From Octopus sinensis (taxonomy: Eukaryota): DNA of 64,000 nucleotides. The DNA is taken from NCBI RefSeq assembly GCF_006345805.1, contig NC_043007.1, positions 72,478,001 to 72,542,000 on the forward strand, in the 5' to 3' direction. This document shows positions 37,626 to 51,622 of the stretch, one piece after another. How positions within the stretch are numbered: position 1 is the first letter of the stretch; each line of letters starts with the position of its first letter. The position numbers were made by a program, and so were the translations under genes. Under the pieces are notes generated by a model, which was given only the letters and a program-made list of their open reading frames with translations, ran no database searches and was not told the DNA's origin.

Positions 37626-38329
37626 TCTCTTATCTTTTACTGCTATATCAACCTTATCATTTCCTCATTTCTTTGGTTTAACTGGAACTTTGTCTGGTCT
37701 GTAACTCTGAGCAGATTATTTTTTAGAAATTCTCAGTTGTCATCCATGCCATTAGTATCTAAATCTTCCTCCCTTCAGTCAAATACATCAATTAGAATTT
37801 CTCTAAACCTATTCCCAATTGCAGGATCTTCTAGTTTCCATATTTTCCTTTTCCAAGTTGTCTTTTACTTCAAAATATGCTTAGCTCTGACTGAAGCTGC
37901 TGGCTACCAATCTGTGATTTGCAGTGCATCCTTTGCCAGGAAAGGTTTTGGTATTTACAATAGCTTTTCTGTCGTGTTTCCTAATGAAAATGTAATCTGT
38001 GTGTTTGCCAGATTACTAGATGAATAGGTGGTTGGCTGGTTTCCTAAAAGTGTGTGCTGTAAATTGTTAGATGAGCTAAATCACAAAACATCAGGAGCGT
38101 TATGCCCTCCTCATTTCTTGAACTCATATCTCTAGCTTCCTTGTATTTCATGGAAGCCATCATTTTGTTGGTTAACATATCCATTGAAATTGCTGACCAT
38201 AATAATGAGGCAGTCTACAGAAATATATATATACTAATAAACTTTTACAAGGAATAAATTAACAGACTGATGAAGGCAAGCAAACCAAAACTTCAAAGTC
38301 ACTGTCAACCATTTCCTTTTAAAAGTTTT

Positions 38330-38710
38330 TTTTTCTTTTATTCTTTTACTTGTTTCAGTCATTTGATTGTGGCCTTACTGGAGCAACGCCTTGAAAGGTT
38401 TTAGTTGAACAAACAAACCTTAAGACTTTTTTTTTAAACCTAGTACTTGTTCTACTGGCCTTTTTTTGCTGAACTACTAACTTACAGGAATGTAAACACT
38501 AACACCGGTTATCAAGTAGCGATAGAGTGACAAACACAGACACAAAGATACATACACAAATACATACATACATATATATGTACATACGTACGACAGGCTT
38601 GTTTCAGTTTCCATCTACCAAATTCACTCACAAGGCTTTGGTCAGCCCAAAGGTATAATAGAAGACACTAGCTCAAGGTGCCATGCACTGGGACTGAACC
38701 TGAAACCACT
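38330..38710 (-). mobile_element. SINE family A
   Basis: Same motifs as the other family A copies. Confidence 0.7.
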
Positions 38711-40289
38711 CTTTTACACACACACCCACTCTTTTACACACACAAACACACGACTGCTAAATCCACAAGTGTTTTTTATTCTCTCTCTGTTTATTTACTC
38801 ATGTTCATTTATGTTGAAGTGTGTAGGCTTGAAACGTAAAAGACTTTCTCACTTTCCCAAGCATCAAACTAAAACACCTGTTTGTTGTTTATACACCTGT
38901 CTCTATCTTTTGTTTTTCTGTAAATTTCAACTATATATATATATATATATATATCCTCTATTCAAATTTTAAAAGAACTTCAAAAATTTGTTAAGTTACA
39001 TGTTTTTCATTTAAACTGAATTTAAAGTAATACCATATTGGTAGGGCACCAATAAATGTTTTATTATTGTTGCTCTGTTTGGTTTTGCGCCACAGGCCCA
39101 ATGAGCCCTCTGCAGGAGTTAGCTTACAAGTCCACACGGAATGCAGCTTTTAAGCTATTATACAAATATAAGCATACTTACACACATAGTTAAATGGATA
39201 TGAGATAATTATGTTAATCATAAAATATGTATACAAATATAGTAGGGCACACTGTGTAAAGCAGGGGTTGGTGAACCGGGGTAAATTAGCCCAAGTGGGG
39301 TAAAATGAAATGAGGACTCAGTAGACATAAGTAAAATTGTATAAAAAATGTGTTCTTTGTTATGACAGACATTTTTCTTCTGACAATATTGTATCTGTCC
39401 AGCGTAATGGTCATGTTTAGGAGACATAAAACCACATTGAATTACAAACAATTTGGTTGCTAAAGCGTTGTCAAGTAACTAAACTGATATTATTTGTCAG
39501 TTGTCTATTACCCATCTTAACCTTATTTTTTGACATGTGTTTTTGCTTTGTTTAAGTAGATTTAAGTAATTATTCAATTCAACCCGTTAACAAAATCAAT
39601 TTGACCCTAAGACTGTATCCAAATTGCTCTGGTATCAAAATGCCCCAATTTTGATGTAATTGTAACAGAAATGAAACATCATTTCTCCAAAACCTGATGT
39701 GAAAAAATTTCTAGAAAAATTCTTTTGTTTCATAATGAGGATATTAATTTATTTTATCGCATTTGTTTTATACTTTTTATATTTATAATTGCATTCTCTA
39801 TATAAATAGATTCAATAACCCATTTGTATTCAAAGAATCTAGGATTTTCTTCCTTTCAAATCAAGTGGAGTAACATCGGCGTAAATAAATATATTTTGGG
39901 GTAATTGGTTAAAAAGTTCCCCAACCCTTGGTGTAAAGGGCAAGAAAAAAGGTATGCAAATTTATAGAAAATCTGGAGAGGTACAGACAGAATTATAAGT
40001 CAGTGTTGTTTTAAATGATGCATATGTCTGTGCATATTTTTTTGTTAAAATGGAAAAATACAGATTGAATATTTGAAACAAGTATAAACTGATGAAAGTT
40101 GATAAGGTTGGGGCTGGTTTAAAGAAAGTCTGCTGCAATTTGCTTGGATATGATGTGTGTTATGTGTGATATAAAACTGCAAAATGAATGGTAGCAGGCC
40201 AAAAGATATTGAGTAGCAGTAGAAGAAAAGCATGAAAGTTTTATAAGAGTCAAGAGTCATGCAGTGAACTCTTGCAAAGTTGAATGTTG

Positions 40290-40870
40290 TACAAATTTTC
40301 TATTATTAGGGCATGAAGCAATTAGTTCTAATTTCAAAATAGTTGTAATGATTGTATTAGAATTTTGTATTTCTCCTAGTTGAGGAGGTATTTGTACTCT
40401 GATATATGCTGATGTGGATTTAATAACTGACAGATCAGTATTGTAGTTATGAAAGCCATGGTCCTTCAGATTCCAAATATACTTGGAAAGTGATGTTGTA
40501 ACTCATTTTTTTAATGACAATGTAGACTGGTTATACCCAGGTTTGAAAATAATTTCTATAGGGCTTTTGTAACTCATTGTTTTTGCTGACTCTTTTTGAA
40601 GGCATTTACCATTTAGTGGACAGATGTTACTGGTGAGGAAACTGCATTATGGGGTTGGATTTTGTATATTTCAGAGTGGGCATTTTTTCCTCATTAATCC
40701 CAGCTAGTGAAGTTAGAAAATTGTCTTCACAACTGTAACTTAGCTTAACACTATTTCTAATGAAAATTTCATGAAGCTTATGTTCTGGTGAATAAGAGGG
40801 GGTACCCAAAAGTAACTGGAAACATTCTCTATGAGTAGTTCAGGCTTCCACCACTAGAAGCCACTTGATG
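40290..40870 (-). pseudogene. Second Penelope-like fragment (RT-EN linker and GIY-YIG), degraded
   Basis: HKLHEIFIRNSVKLSYSCEDN (ORF 40627-40809), then ICPLNGKCLQK and TTSLSKYIWNLKDHG. Confidence 0.7.
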
Positions 40871-40929
40871 TGACTCTCAGGTATCAGCCTGCCAACTGGC
40901 AGCGTTGAGTGGAGTTGTATTGCCATGTG

Positions 40930-41365
40930 GTGCATCTTTGTTTTGCAGTGCTTCTATCCTGTTTATTGATTTTTGTGATGGCTGAAATGAAGGAACAGCA
41001 TGCTTCTGTGAAATTCTGTTTCTTGCTGGGAGAAATGGCAGACAAAACAGTTGTCATTGCTTCAAACAGCTTACAAGGATGCTGCCATGAGCAAAACACA
41101 AGTTTATGTGTGGTTTTCATGCTTTAGGAATTGTCACTTGAAGACCAACCTTGTTCAAGGGTGACCATCGGCCTCCTAGATGAATGAAAACCTCACGAAA
41201 ATTCATGAACCATCACCAAAGAATTGACAAACTTGTTGATATGACTGGTATATCCTGGAGTTCTTGCAAATGAACTTTGAGCAAGGAATTGCAAATGAAA
41301 AGAGTTGCAGCAAAATTTGTGTCTCACTTGCTCACAGAAGATCAAAAGCAGTCATGATTGAATCT
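40930..41365 (+). pseudogene. Mariner (DD34D-type) transposase N-terminal fragment
   Basis: MAEMKEQHASVKFCFLLG...ELQMKRVAAKFVSHLLTEDQKQS*; truncated where the next element begins. Confidence 0.8.
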
Positions 41366-41373
41366 AAGTTTGA

Positions 41374-43611
41374 CCGTTGTGGAGGGGAAAATGTTTTTTT
41401 TCTTCTTTTTGCTAGAGAGAAATAGAAAAGACTTTAACTGGTTCAAAGTACTGGGACATGGACTCCTCAAGGGCACAAATATTCAGTAATATTGAACACC
41501 TAAATCTGCTTCAGAGAAACACCAGCCTTACTTGTCCAATAAATGATTTTCCCCTCCATAAACATTTTAAGGCTTTTAAGTCTTGTTCTCACACAAATGG
41601 CCAATTCAGAACTTGCATTTCAGAACCTCTGTTTTTAGGCCAGATCTACTCAATAATGTTTTCAAAATGGCCAGATGTTTTTTTGTTCTGTCCAAGGTAC
41701 ATAAGTATTTTTTTGTTGTGGAGGGGAAGTCTGTTACGGAAAAAGTGTGAAGTCCTAATGCAAACAGTCTGCAGTCTTGAGCAGATATGTTGTGTAAATA
41801 GAAAACGTGGAGTTACTGAGCCAGAAGATGAAGTGTTTACTGATGCTAATGAAGATTTCATGGTATCTTATCATCAGTGGGTGACTGGCAAAAATAAGTG
41901 AGTGAGAAAGCTGTTGCAGGAATGCACAATTGCTGAGGGAAAAGATCTTGTGGAGGAACTACAGCCATTCAGCAAACACATTTACAACATTAAGCAGCAG
42001 TTTGCAGAACTCAAGTTCCTGAAACACAACCTGAAAACTAGTGAAGTGATCATTCAAGAAGAATTTTCAGAAAATTTTCAACTGAAGCACCAGAAAGAAG
42101 TGATGGCAGCTCACTGGTTCAGCAACATGTCACTCTTTTCACTGCTGTGGCTTTAAGGGCAAAGAAGGTGAACTTGAGCATGCATCATATGTAGTTGTTT
42201 CTGATGAAATGAAGCATGAAGAGCGCAAGTGTCTCTGCTTTCAACACAGCCATTATCATTGAGGTTAGCAGTTAACCCAGGTCTCCAAAATACTCTACTG
42301 GAGTGATGTTGCTGGCTCTCAGTTCAAAAACAAGTACACCCTGGCAAACTTTCTTTATTATTAGCATGACTTTAGTGCAGAATCTTCATGGTCATTTTTT
42401 GAGACTGCACATGGAAAGTGGATGGTGTTGGTGGCAAAGTCAAGCATACAGTTTGGCGATCTATTTTGCAGAATAAAGAGGTTGTGACAAATGCAAAGTG
42501 TGCAAAAAAATTCATATGCTTTTTGTTCCACAATCCTCTATCAACAGCCACTCAGAGAAGTTGAATCAAAGATGGACTGATTGCAGGGCAATCCCAAATA
42601 CTCATGCCATCCATTTTGTTGCAAAAGCTGATGCTGGCTCAATCATTACTGCCAAGTATTCCCAATTCGAAGTCCAAGAACCATGCACAGAATTCACTTA
42701 GTCACCAACACTTGAGCAAACTAGATCAACCAGCAGCAGTTCTTGTAGAGCCAGGTTCTCCCAACTGCATCACAGTGCATGTGGAGCAGTACTATGCTGT
42801 TGATTATCTTTGCCAGTTCTACATTGGCAGGGCCTTAGAACATGCCTCTGGTTGTATGATTAAGTTCAAGTTTCTTCATAGATCTGTTGTTGCTAGTATC
42901 AACACCTTCAACTGACCCAGAAGGGATGATATTGACACTTGTCATACAAATAATGTGTTCTATGGTCCTATCCAGTTGGTTGGCACTGGGCCCTTTACAG
43001 TTGTTGAGCTAGAGAACATCAAGAAAGCATTTGCTCTTCTCACGAAACACCACTGTAAAAGTATTTGTTGAGCTGGAGAGCACAAGTGTCTCTTTGTTTT
43101 CAAGCAGACTTTTTTCTGCTTTAAGAGTGTGTTTCTTAAGGATATTTTTAAATATTTTACCCCTTTGATTTGCAATTTTTTGATGAGTGATTTTGGTAAA
43201 CAGTCAGACTTTGTATACAATTATATATTTATTATATATAATTATTCATAATTTTTATATTTAGTAACTTATGCATTTTTTAGAGCAGGTTTGACAAAAC
43301 TCGAAAGGAGCTAGAATATGTTATAATAACTCTTTCATGTGCATTAAACATTTAGATTGAGTGTTCTTAAATAATTATTTATACTTTCATTTTAATTTAT
43401 GCTTGTCTGTATATATTTATTTTCTAAATTCCCATTTTAAAGCAAAATGTAGATTTGCTCCAAACTGTGGAAATTTATGAAAACTTTGCACAGTTGAAAC
43501 AAATTTGGAAATTAAAGTATGTTGTTGACACACTTGAGTATAATTGTTTATTTTATAAGAAGTTATTGAAGTGGGCACTTTTGCTCCTCTGCGACTTCCC
43601 CTCTGCAACAG
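41374..43611 (+). mobile_element. Unclassified DDE/D DNA transposon (2.2 kb) with short TIRs and a decayed transposase
   Basis: Left end ccgttgtggaggggaa; right end reverse-complements to ctgttgcagaggggaa and is followed by TA. Protein motifs: HIYNIKQQ..EVIIQEEFSENFQLKHQKEVMAAHW, VVVSDEMKH, YWSDVAGSQFKNKY, WSFFETAHGK/DGVGGKVKH. Confidence 0.7.
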
Positions 43612-43994
43612 TATATTGTCCTACAAGGTGCTGTCCCACTCAGAAAACCTGAAAGAATAGGATTTCTTTCTGTTATCTTTTTGACAAACATCAAATATTG
43701 TAATTCAGCATTCAATTAGTTTTTTGTATATTGTTCAAGATTCAGAGAATTTCAAAAGTGAAATCAAAACTTTAGAAAAAGGAAATTTTCTGTTCCCCTC
43801 TGCAAAGGCACACATTTTGTGTTCTACAGCATCTGAAGATTGTCATATAAAAAAGTCACACAGTGGCACAGGTAACTTTGTAAAAACTAGAAGCTTCACT
43901 GCCCTAACAGACTCCAATGTCAAAATGTTAAGAAATTACGAGAAAAGAACTTCTGATTTTCCTTTCCACAACATATGGATCACTGTGAAATGTA

Positions 43995-44030
<36 letters not shown>

Positions 44031-46183
44031 TCACACATATATTCACACACACACATATATACTCACACACTTACACACATTCTCATGTTTTACATCTGCT
44101 TTCCATGGTGGTATGGGTTGGATGGATTGTCACTGAGTCAGTTCTTAATGAGTCATCCTTCTAAATGAGTCAGAGGAGCATATCTTGTACATTAAGTTTT
44201 AGTGTGTTTTCTACATTAGGATGCATCTCCTATCGCAAACAACTTCATTTTGTCATGGTACCAGCTTTAGAGAGGTTGTCATTTTCTTAAGAAAATAAAG
44301 CTAAGAGTCCAATCAGCTCTACATACATTTATCAACCACTTTACAGTGGTTGATGAATACATTATATTGAGGCACCAGCATTAGTGTACTATGTAAGATG
44401 AAAAGGATACTCATTGTTTCATGTTGTGTCTGTTTGCATTGGCTAATATGAGCTGTAGAACAGGTAGACAAGAGAGTGATTGCAGAAGATGAACTAGGGT
44501 GAAAAGGATGAAAAGAAGCAAGTACCAGACTGAATAATTGGGGTGACAGTGTGGAAATGGAGGGAGAAAAGAAGAGAGACGTTGCTTGAAAGAGTAATAA
44601 AAGAAATGATAACAGCAGGGTGTAATGAGGGACACAGTAATGGCTAGGGGGAATTGGGAGAGAAAGTCAAGGATGGAATAGTCATAGATATGACCTGGGA
44701 GAGAGGGAGTGGTAGTGGTGGTGAGCAATACAAAAGTATAACAGATGGGTAAAGTTTGCTAGTGAGAGAAGGCAGAGAAGGATTAGTTTGTGATAAGATA
44801 CTGATAGATACTTGAGGGGTTGAAGGGTGGGGAAAGGGTTATACCAGATCCCGCTCAGGCCATCCTTAATCAGATATTGTGATGGGAAAGCCACACTAAT
44901 GACAGTTATATATTTGTTGGCAGGAGAGAGAGAAAGTGAGGCTTATATAGGAAGTATATCAAATTGCATCAGATCTGATACAATCTCTCGTTACTCAACT
45001 CTAGTGATTGCAATTAACTCATTACTCAGGCCTCGTGATGAAATGGAGGAGGCACTAAATGCTGGTGAGAGAGAGAGAGAGAGAGAAAGAGAGGCAGTTG
45101 GTATGTGTGATGAATGTCAATGAAAGCAACAGAGGTATTGTTAGCTGGTAAGAGTGTGATGAATATTAATGGGAGAGTTGGTTAGAAGTATGCGTGTAAA
45201 CGAAGGGATATGTCAGAGACTGACAGATGTGATGCAGTCCATCATTACTCATTTTATAGTTAAAAATTCAACAGGCATGTCATGGCTTTGCGGACATGGC
45301 ATGGTTGTGTGGTAGGCAGTTTGCTTCCCAACCATATGGTTCCAGGTTGTCCCACCACATGTCACTTTGGACAGATTGTCTTCTACTGTAGCCTGGGATT
45401 AACCAAATCCTTGTAAGTGGATTTGGTAGACAGAAACTGAAAGAAACCTGTTGTGTTTATATGTGTGTGTGTATATATATATATATATATCAAAAATAGA
45501 AATCGATCAACATCAATGGAAATTGTAGTTGTGATACCAGTGCCGGTGGCACGTAAGAGAACCATCCGAACGTGGCCATTGCCAGCGCTGCCCTGACTGG
45601 CCTCCGTGCCGGTGGCACGTAAAGACACATACAAAGAGAGAGAGAGAGAGAGAGACACACACACATACACACACACACACACATACAAACACACAAACAC
45701 TAAGCTTCTTTCAGTTTCCACTCACAAGTCTTTTGTCTGCCCAAGGCTCTAGTAAAAAACACTTGCCGAAGGTGCCACACAGTGGGACTGAACCCAAAAA
45801 CACAAGGTTGGGAAGCAAGCTTCTTACCACATAGCTTTGCCTGCGCCTGTAGTGTAATCTTTATTTATTTATTTTTTTTTATCAGTCAGGCATCTAAACT
45901 AAGCAGAGTTAAGTTCCTTGCTTTCAGAGGAAGACTGTGACAATTGTAAGATTTGAACTTCTGCATAATGTGTTCTTTCTTAGAAATGACCCATTTTCGA
46001 CACATCATGCCCTGTATAGCATAATGTCTTTTTTTTTTATCAGAGCCAAATAAATGTATAAAATTTATGTGACTTATACAAAAGAGACTTATATGATATC
46101 ACCAGGGTAGACTTATTAAAGTTTAAATAAATCTAGAAAATTGTTTCTGGGTGTTGAATTATAAACGTAAGAAATTTAGGTGC

Positions 46184-46185
<2 letters not shown>

Positions 46186-46232
<47 letters not shown>
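46186..46232. repeat. (TTA)n microsatellite
   Basis: Direct reading of the sequence. Confidence 0.95.
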
Positions 46233-46234
<2 letters not shown>

Positions 46235-46847
46235 TTTCTTCATTAATGAAGTTGAATTGTGATCATAAAAGCCTCTGCAAACCAAACAGTTTTCTATGTG
46301 ATTGTTAACTAAATGCAATATTAAAGGTCACTGAGTAACAAATAGCATTTCAGGAAGTTTGATTGATTTAAATTGCATTTGACATTACAAAGTTTATTGA
46401 ATATAAATTAGGTAAACTGAAAAGGTCATCCTCCTTAAGGCACACTAGATAGAATTAGGGTTGGTTACTATTCCAAAGAGATTTTGGTAAAAATAATTTA
46501 TATTATGCTTATAGATTACAAAATTTCATTATTAGGTTATTGTTTCATCCGTCTCTTTTGTTTTGTGTTCAAATTCCACCAAGGTTGACTTTGCCTTTCA
46601 AACTTTTGGCATTGAAAAAACAAATGCCAGTTGAGCACTGGAGTTGATGTAATCAACTAACACTCCCCCAGTCCAAATTTCAGGCATAGTGCCTCTAATA
46701 AAATGGATTATTAGTGCTTTGTTTATGTTAGTACTTGACTCATTGACACTGAGTTGTTGAGTAATCTTAATCATTTCAACTTGTAGAGAATTGCGGCATA
46801 TAAAGATGAGTAAACTTGTATGACTGGAATGCTGCAAATGTTGCGTG

Positions 46848-46887
<40 letters not shown>

Positions 46888-46937
46888 GTGTATGTGTAAG
46901 GTTGACACGCAAATTCGTGAAGCATTCTGTATTTTTC

Positions 46938-47600
46938 TTATTTCTTTACTACCCACAAGGGGCTAAACACAGAGGAGACAAACAAGGACAGACAAACAGA
47001 TTGTCGATTACATCGACCCCAGTATGTAACTGGTACTTATTTAATCGACCCCCAAAAGGATGAAAGGCAAAGTCGACCTCAGCGGAATTTGAACTCAGAG
47101 CGTAATGGCAGGCGAAAAACCGTTAAGCATTTCGCCCGGCATGCTAACGATTCTGCCAGCTCGCCGCCTTGGTGCAGGCATGGCTATATAGTTAAAAAGC
47201 TTGATTCCCAACCATGAAGTCTTGAGTTCAATCTCACTTGGCAGCATCTTGAGCAAGTTTCTTCTACTGTAGTCCTGGGTCAACCAAAGCCTTACGAATG
47301 TATTTGGTGGATGGAAACTGAAAGAAGCCTGTCCTGTGTGTGTATGTATATATACATATGTATATATGCATATATATTTGTGTGTGTATGTGTGCATTTG
47401 GGTCTTTCTGTTTGTCCCCAACCAATGCTTGACAATTGGTGTTGGTTTGTTTACATCTCCATAACTTGACAGTTCAACAAAAGAGACTGATAGAATTAGT
47501 ACCAAACTTCATCGAAACAAAAATAAGTACTGTGGGTGATCTGTGTGGCTAAACCCTTCAAGGCAGTGTCCCAGCATAGCTTTAGTCCAATGACTGAACT
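46938..47600 (-). mobile_element. SINE B (46938-47170) fused to an adjacent SINE A (47170-47600)
   Basis: Family motifs as described above. Confidence 0.75.
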
Positions 47601-49461
47601 AAGGAATGTGTGTGCATGCATGTGTGTTGTGCAATTCACTTTTGTCTTTTGTACAATGATTATGTACTTTGGACTCTGTTTTGCATTTCTGTATGTTTCT
47701 GAAAGTTTTTGTATCAGTAGCAAGGATGCAGTTGATTAGTCACCCACTGTCTAATTAATTGATCAAGCAGTCATTATTAGTCAAATGGAAAACTTGTTTG
47801 GATCCTTTCATTTATTTATCTCATCTAAAATTGACTACAATTTTTCTTGTCTGAGGATTACTTGTTTACATTTTTCACTTCTGTCTGTTTTTTTTTTTCT
47901 TATTTTCTTTTTTAACACAAGCATTGTTAATTCTGAAATTGTGAGTATTATTAATTATTTACTTGACAACCACATAATCGTTAATGATTAGTTTTAATTC
48001 CTACATGATGCAAGAGGATTTAGGTAATACTAAGCTTTTATTTGAAATAACAAAACAACTATTATAAGTATTTCTAATTTGTTTATATGCATGTAAAATG
48101 CCGTTGTTTTCTCTTGAAAAATGCAAGTCGAGGCCATATTCTTTAGAATTGGTGATAAAATGAGATTGTTTCAAGGATGCTGAGAACTATTTGGAATGGA
48201 AATAGAAAATGTTTGTTTAGATTGATGTCTTATTGATTCTAAAAATTACTGTGCAAATATCGCAACAGTCCAGCTGAAGGTGAAATTGACTCATTGAAAT
48301 AAATGTCATTATTATTTTTGTAATAATAGCACAGGTGTAATGCTTTAGTTAGGTTATGCAGTTTAGATCACTCCTAAGTCTTTATTCTTTGCTGCCAATC
48401 TTTTTCCTTGAAGACTTCACATTGATGATTCTTTTGATTTTATGGCAAATATTCTAGAAACATAGTCCCAGAACATTGGTTCGGCTATCTTTTTACAATT
48501 GAGATCTTTATTTGGCCAGGAAATTATCTTTGAACATTTTGTTAATTAATCATGCACTGCTGTTTTAATCCACCATCTTTGTTCTTAATGATTGACTGGT
48601 TGTCGTTCTTATTCAAAAATGAGGTGGTGGTGGTGGCAATGTGTCAGTACAAATAGTTGTTTTACATTTTACTTGGGATACACTGCCTTAAGAAATTTTA
48701 GTTGAACTAATCAACCCTAGTACTCATGTTCTCTTTAAGCCTGGTACTTGTTCTATTGTTCTCTTTTGCCAAACTGCTAAGTTACAGGGCCATAGACACA
48801 CCAACATTGCTTGTCAGGCAGTGATGGGGGACAGATATGGACACAAACATATACATACACACACACACACACATGTGCACACGTGCGATGGGTTCTTCCA
48901 GTTTCTATCTTTCAAAGCCACTCACAAGACTTGTTTCTACCATAGTAGAAGGTATCTGCCCAAGGTGTCATGCAGTGGCACCAGGAACTATGTGATTAGG
49001 AAGTAAACTTCTTACCAGACAGTCAGCCTGTGTCTGTGGTTAGCTTAAAGCATTTAGTTGCCTAGTTTCCAAGGAATGTTATTTTGTCTCTTCAGGACTT
49101 TTTTTCTACGTTTCTCTTTGTTTATGTGGGTTACTTAGACTGGGTTATTGTAACTTTTGGAAATTTGCTGTTTAAAATCTTGGCTTTCTGCTAGTTCCTT
49201 TCTGTAACATTCTGGTTGTTTCTTCAAGCATAATACTCTGTCAGTTGCATCAAAAACGATCCATATTCAGGTTTCAAGCACATTTATTCATAGGTTTGTT
49301 TGCTGAAGCTGGCCAGGGCCTAAGCAGCAACACAGACTAATACACTACAAAATCTGTGATCTTTTAGAGAAGAGTGAATGTGTTCTATTCACTTTACTGT
49401 GTGCTTTCATTTCAACCAAAATTGACCCCATTTTTAATAAAAACTGATAAAAGTTGTTTAA

Positions 49462-49687
49462 TCCTTAGCATTCCAGTTTCTCTGTCAAATATAAAGCTTA
49501 TTTATTCACATTATTATTATTTTGAATTAGTCACGCATTATCTCATAGATTTGATATTTCGATGATGTAATTTTTTTATATTTAGAATGACATTGTAGAA
49601 CAGTGTGAGGGGTTGGTTCTGGCTGGTTTGAACATAAAGCAGGTTAGAATATTTGGGCCACACATGACTGGTTTAAATGCTAAAGGG
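49462..49687. mobile_element. TTAA-flanked piggyBac-type MITE
   Basis: ttaa|tccttagcatt ... aatgctaaaggg|ttaa. Confidence 0.6.
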
Positions 49688-50276
49688 TTAATAGCTGTAT
49701 GAGAAGTGGTTAAAGATTGACTGTTAGGAAATCCACTGAAGCTTCAGTCTTTGACAGCAGGAATATTTTGTTGTCAGAATAACAGCACTCACAGATGGTA
49801 ACTTTATTCAAATCAGATCTAAAACCTACAATTGAGGAGTAAAATGAAAACACTTAACATTATACAAAACACTGACCATTCATAAACACCCAATATGGGA
49901 TGTGTGTGTGTGTGTGGGGGGGGTAAGAAGTTTGCTTCACAAGCACATGGTTCCGGGTTTAGTTACCTTGGGCAAAAGTGTACTATAGCCTTGGGTAGAC
50001 CAATGCCTTGTGTGTGGATGTGGTGTCAATGGAAACTGAAAGAAGCCTGTTGCGTGTGTGTGCTTGTGGTTGTATTTGTCCTCCACCACTGCTTGATAGC
50101 TGGGGTTGGCGTATTTATGTCCCCTTAACTTAGTAGTTCAGCAAAAGAGTCTGATAGAATAAATACCAGGTTAAAGAAAAAACTCTTTGAGGTGGTGCTC
50201 TGGCATGGCCGCAGTCTAATGACTAAAACAAGTAAAGATATATATGTGTGTAAATGTGTATACCTGTGTGTGTGTG

Positions 50277-50309
<33 letters not shown>

Positions 50310-50310
<1 letters not shown>

Positions 50311-50728
50311 GTCATATATATATATATATATATTTATATTTATTTATTTATATCCTCTTATAATGATTGTACCTATTGTATTGTATTACTCATTCACGTA
50401 CGCTGTTTTGTTATATATTTTTATGTTTAACCTTAATGTTCTTATGTAGTGGTTCAATAAAGTATGTGATTGGGTATTATCTGGTAGTTGATTAATGATT
50501 TAGAGGTATTTCTCCATTTTCTGATTTTGTATCATCATCATCATCATCATCATTTAGCGTCCGCTTTCCATGCTAGCATGGGTTGGACGGGTCAACTGGG
50601 GTCTGTGAAGCTGGAAGGCTTCGTCAGGCCCAGTCAGATCTGGCAGTGTTTCTACGGCTGGATGCCCTTCCTAACGCCAACCACTCCGCGAGTGTAGTGG
50701 GTGTTTTTACGTGCCACCTGCATATATA

Positions 50729-50769
<41 letters not shown>

Positions 50770-51156
50770 TTATTTATTTATATCCTCTTATAATGATTGT
50801 ACCTATTGTATTGTATTACTCATTCACGTACGCTGTTTTGTTATATTTTTATGTTTAACCTTAATGTTCTTATGTAGTGGTTCAATAAAGTATGTGATTG
50901 GGTATTATCTGGTAGTTGATTAATGATTTAGAGGTATTTCTCCATTTTCTGATTTTGTATCATCATCATCATCATCATCATTTAGCGTCCGCTTTCCATG
51001 CTAGCATGGGTTGGACGGGTCAACTGGGGTCTGTGAAGCTGGAAGGCTTCGTCAGGCCCAGTCAGATCTGGCAGTGTTTCTACGGCTGGATGCCCTTCCT
51101 AACGCCAACCACTCCGCGAGTGTAGTGGGTGTTTTTACGTGCCACCTGCATATATA

Positions 51157-51197
<41 letters not shown>

Positions 51198-51576
51198 TTA
51201 TTTATTTATATCCTCTTATAATGATTGTACCTATTGTATTGTATTACTCATTCACGTACGCTGTTTTGTTATATATTTTTATGTTTAACCTTAATGTTCT
51301 TATGTAGTGGTTCAATAAAGTATGTGATTGGGTATTATCTGGTAGTTGATTAATGATTTAGAGGTATTTCTCCATTTTCTGATTTTGTATCATCATCATC
51401 ATCATCATCATTTAGCGTCCGCTTTCCATGCTAGCATGGGTTGGACGGGTCAACTGGGGTCTGTGAAGCTGGAAGGCTTCGTCAGGCCCAGTCAGATCTG
51501 GCAGTGTTTCTACGGCTGGATGCCCTTCCTAACGCCAACCACTCCGCGAGTGTAGTGGGTGTTTTTACGTGCCACC

Positions 51577-51600
<24 letters not shown>
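50310..51600. repeat. Tandem triplication (periods 428-430 bp) of unique DNA plus a SINE C tail, separated by (TA)n
   Basis: Identical ORFs at 50488, 50916 and 51346; the units differ essentially only in TA length and a 2-bp deletion in unit 2. Confidence 0.92.
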
Positions 51601-51622
<22 letters not shown>

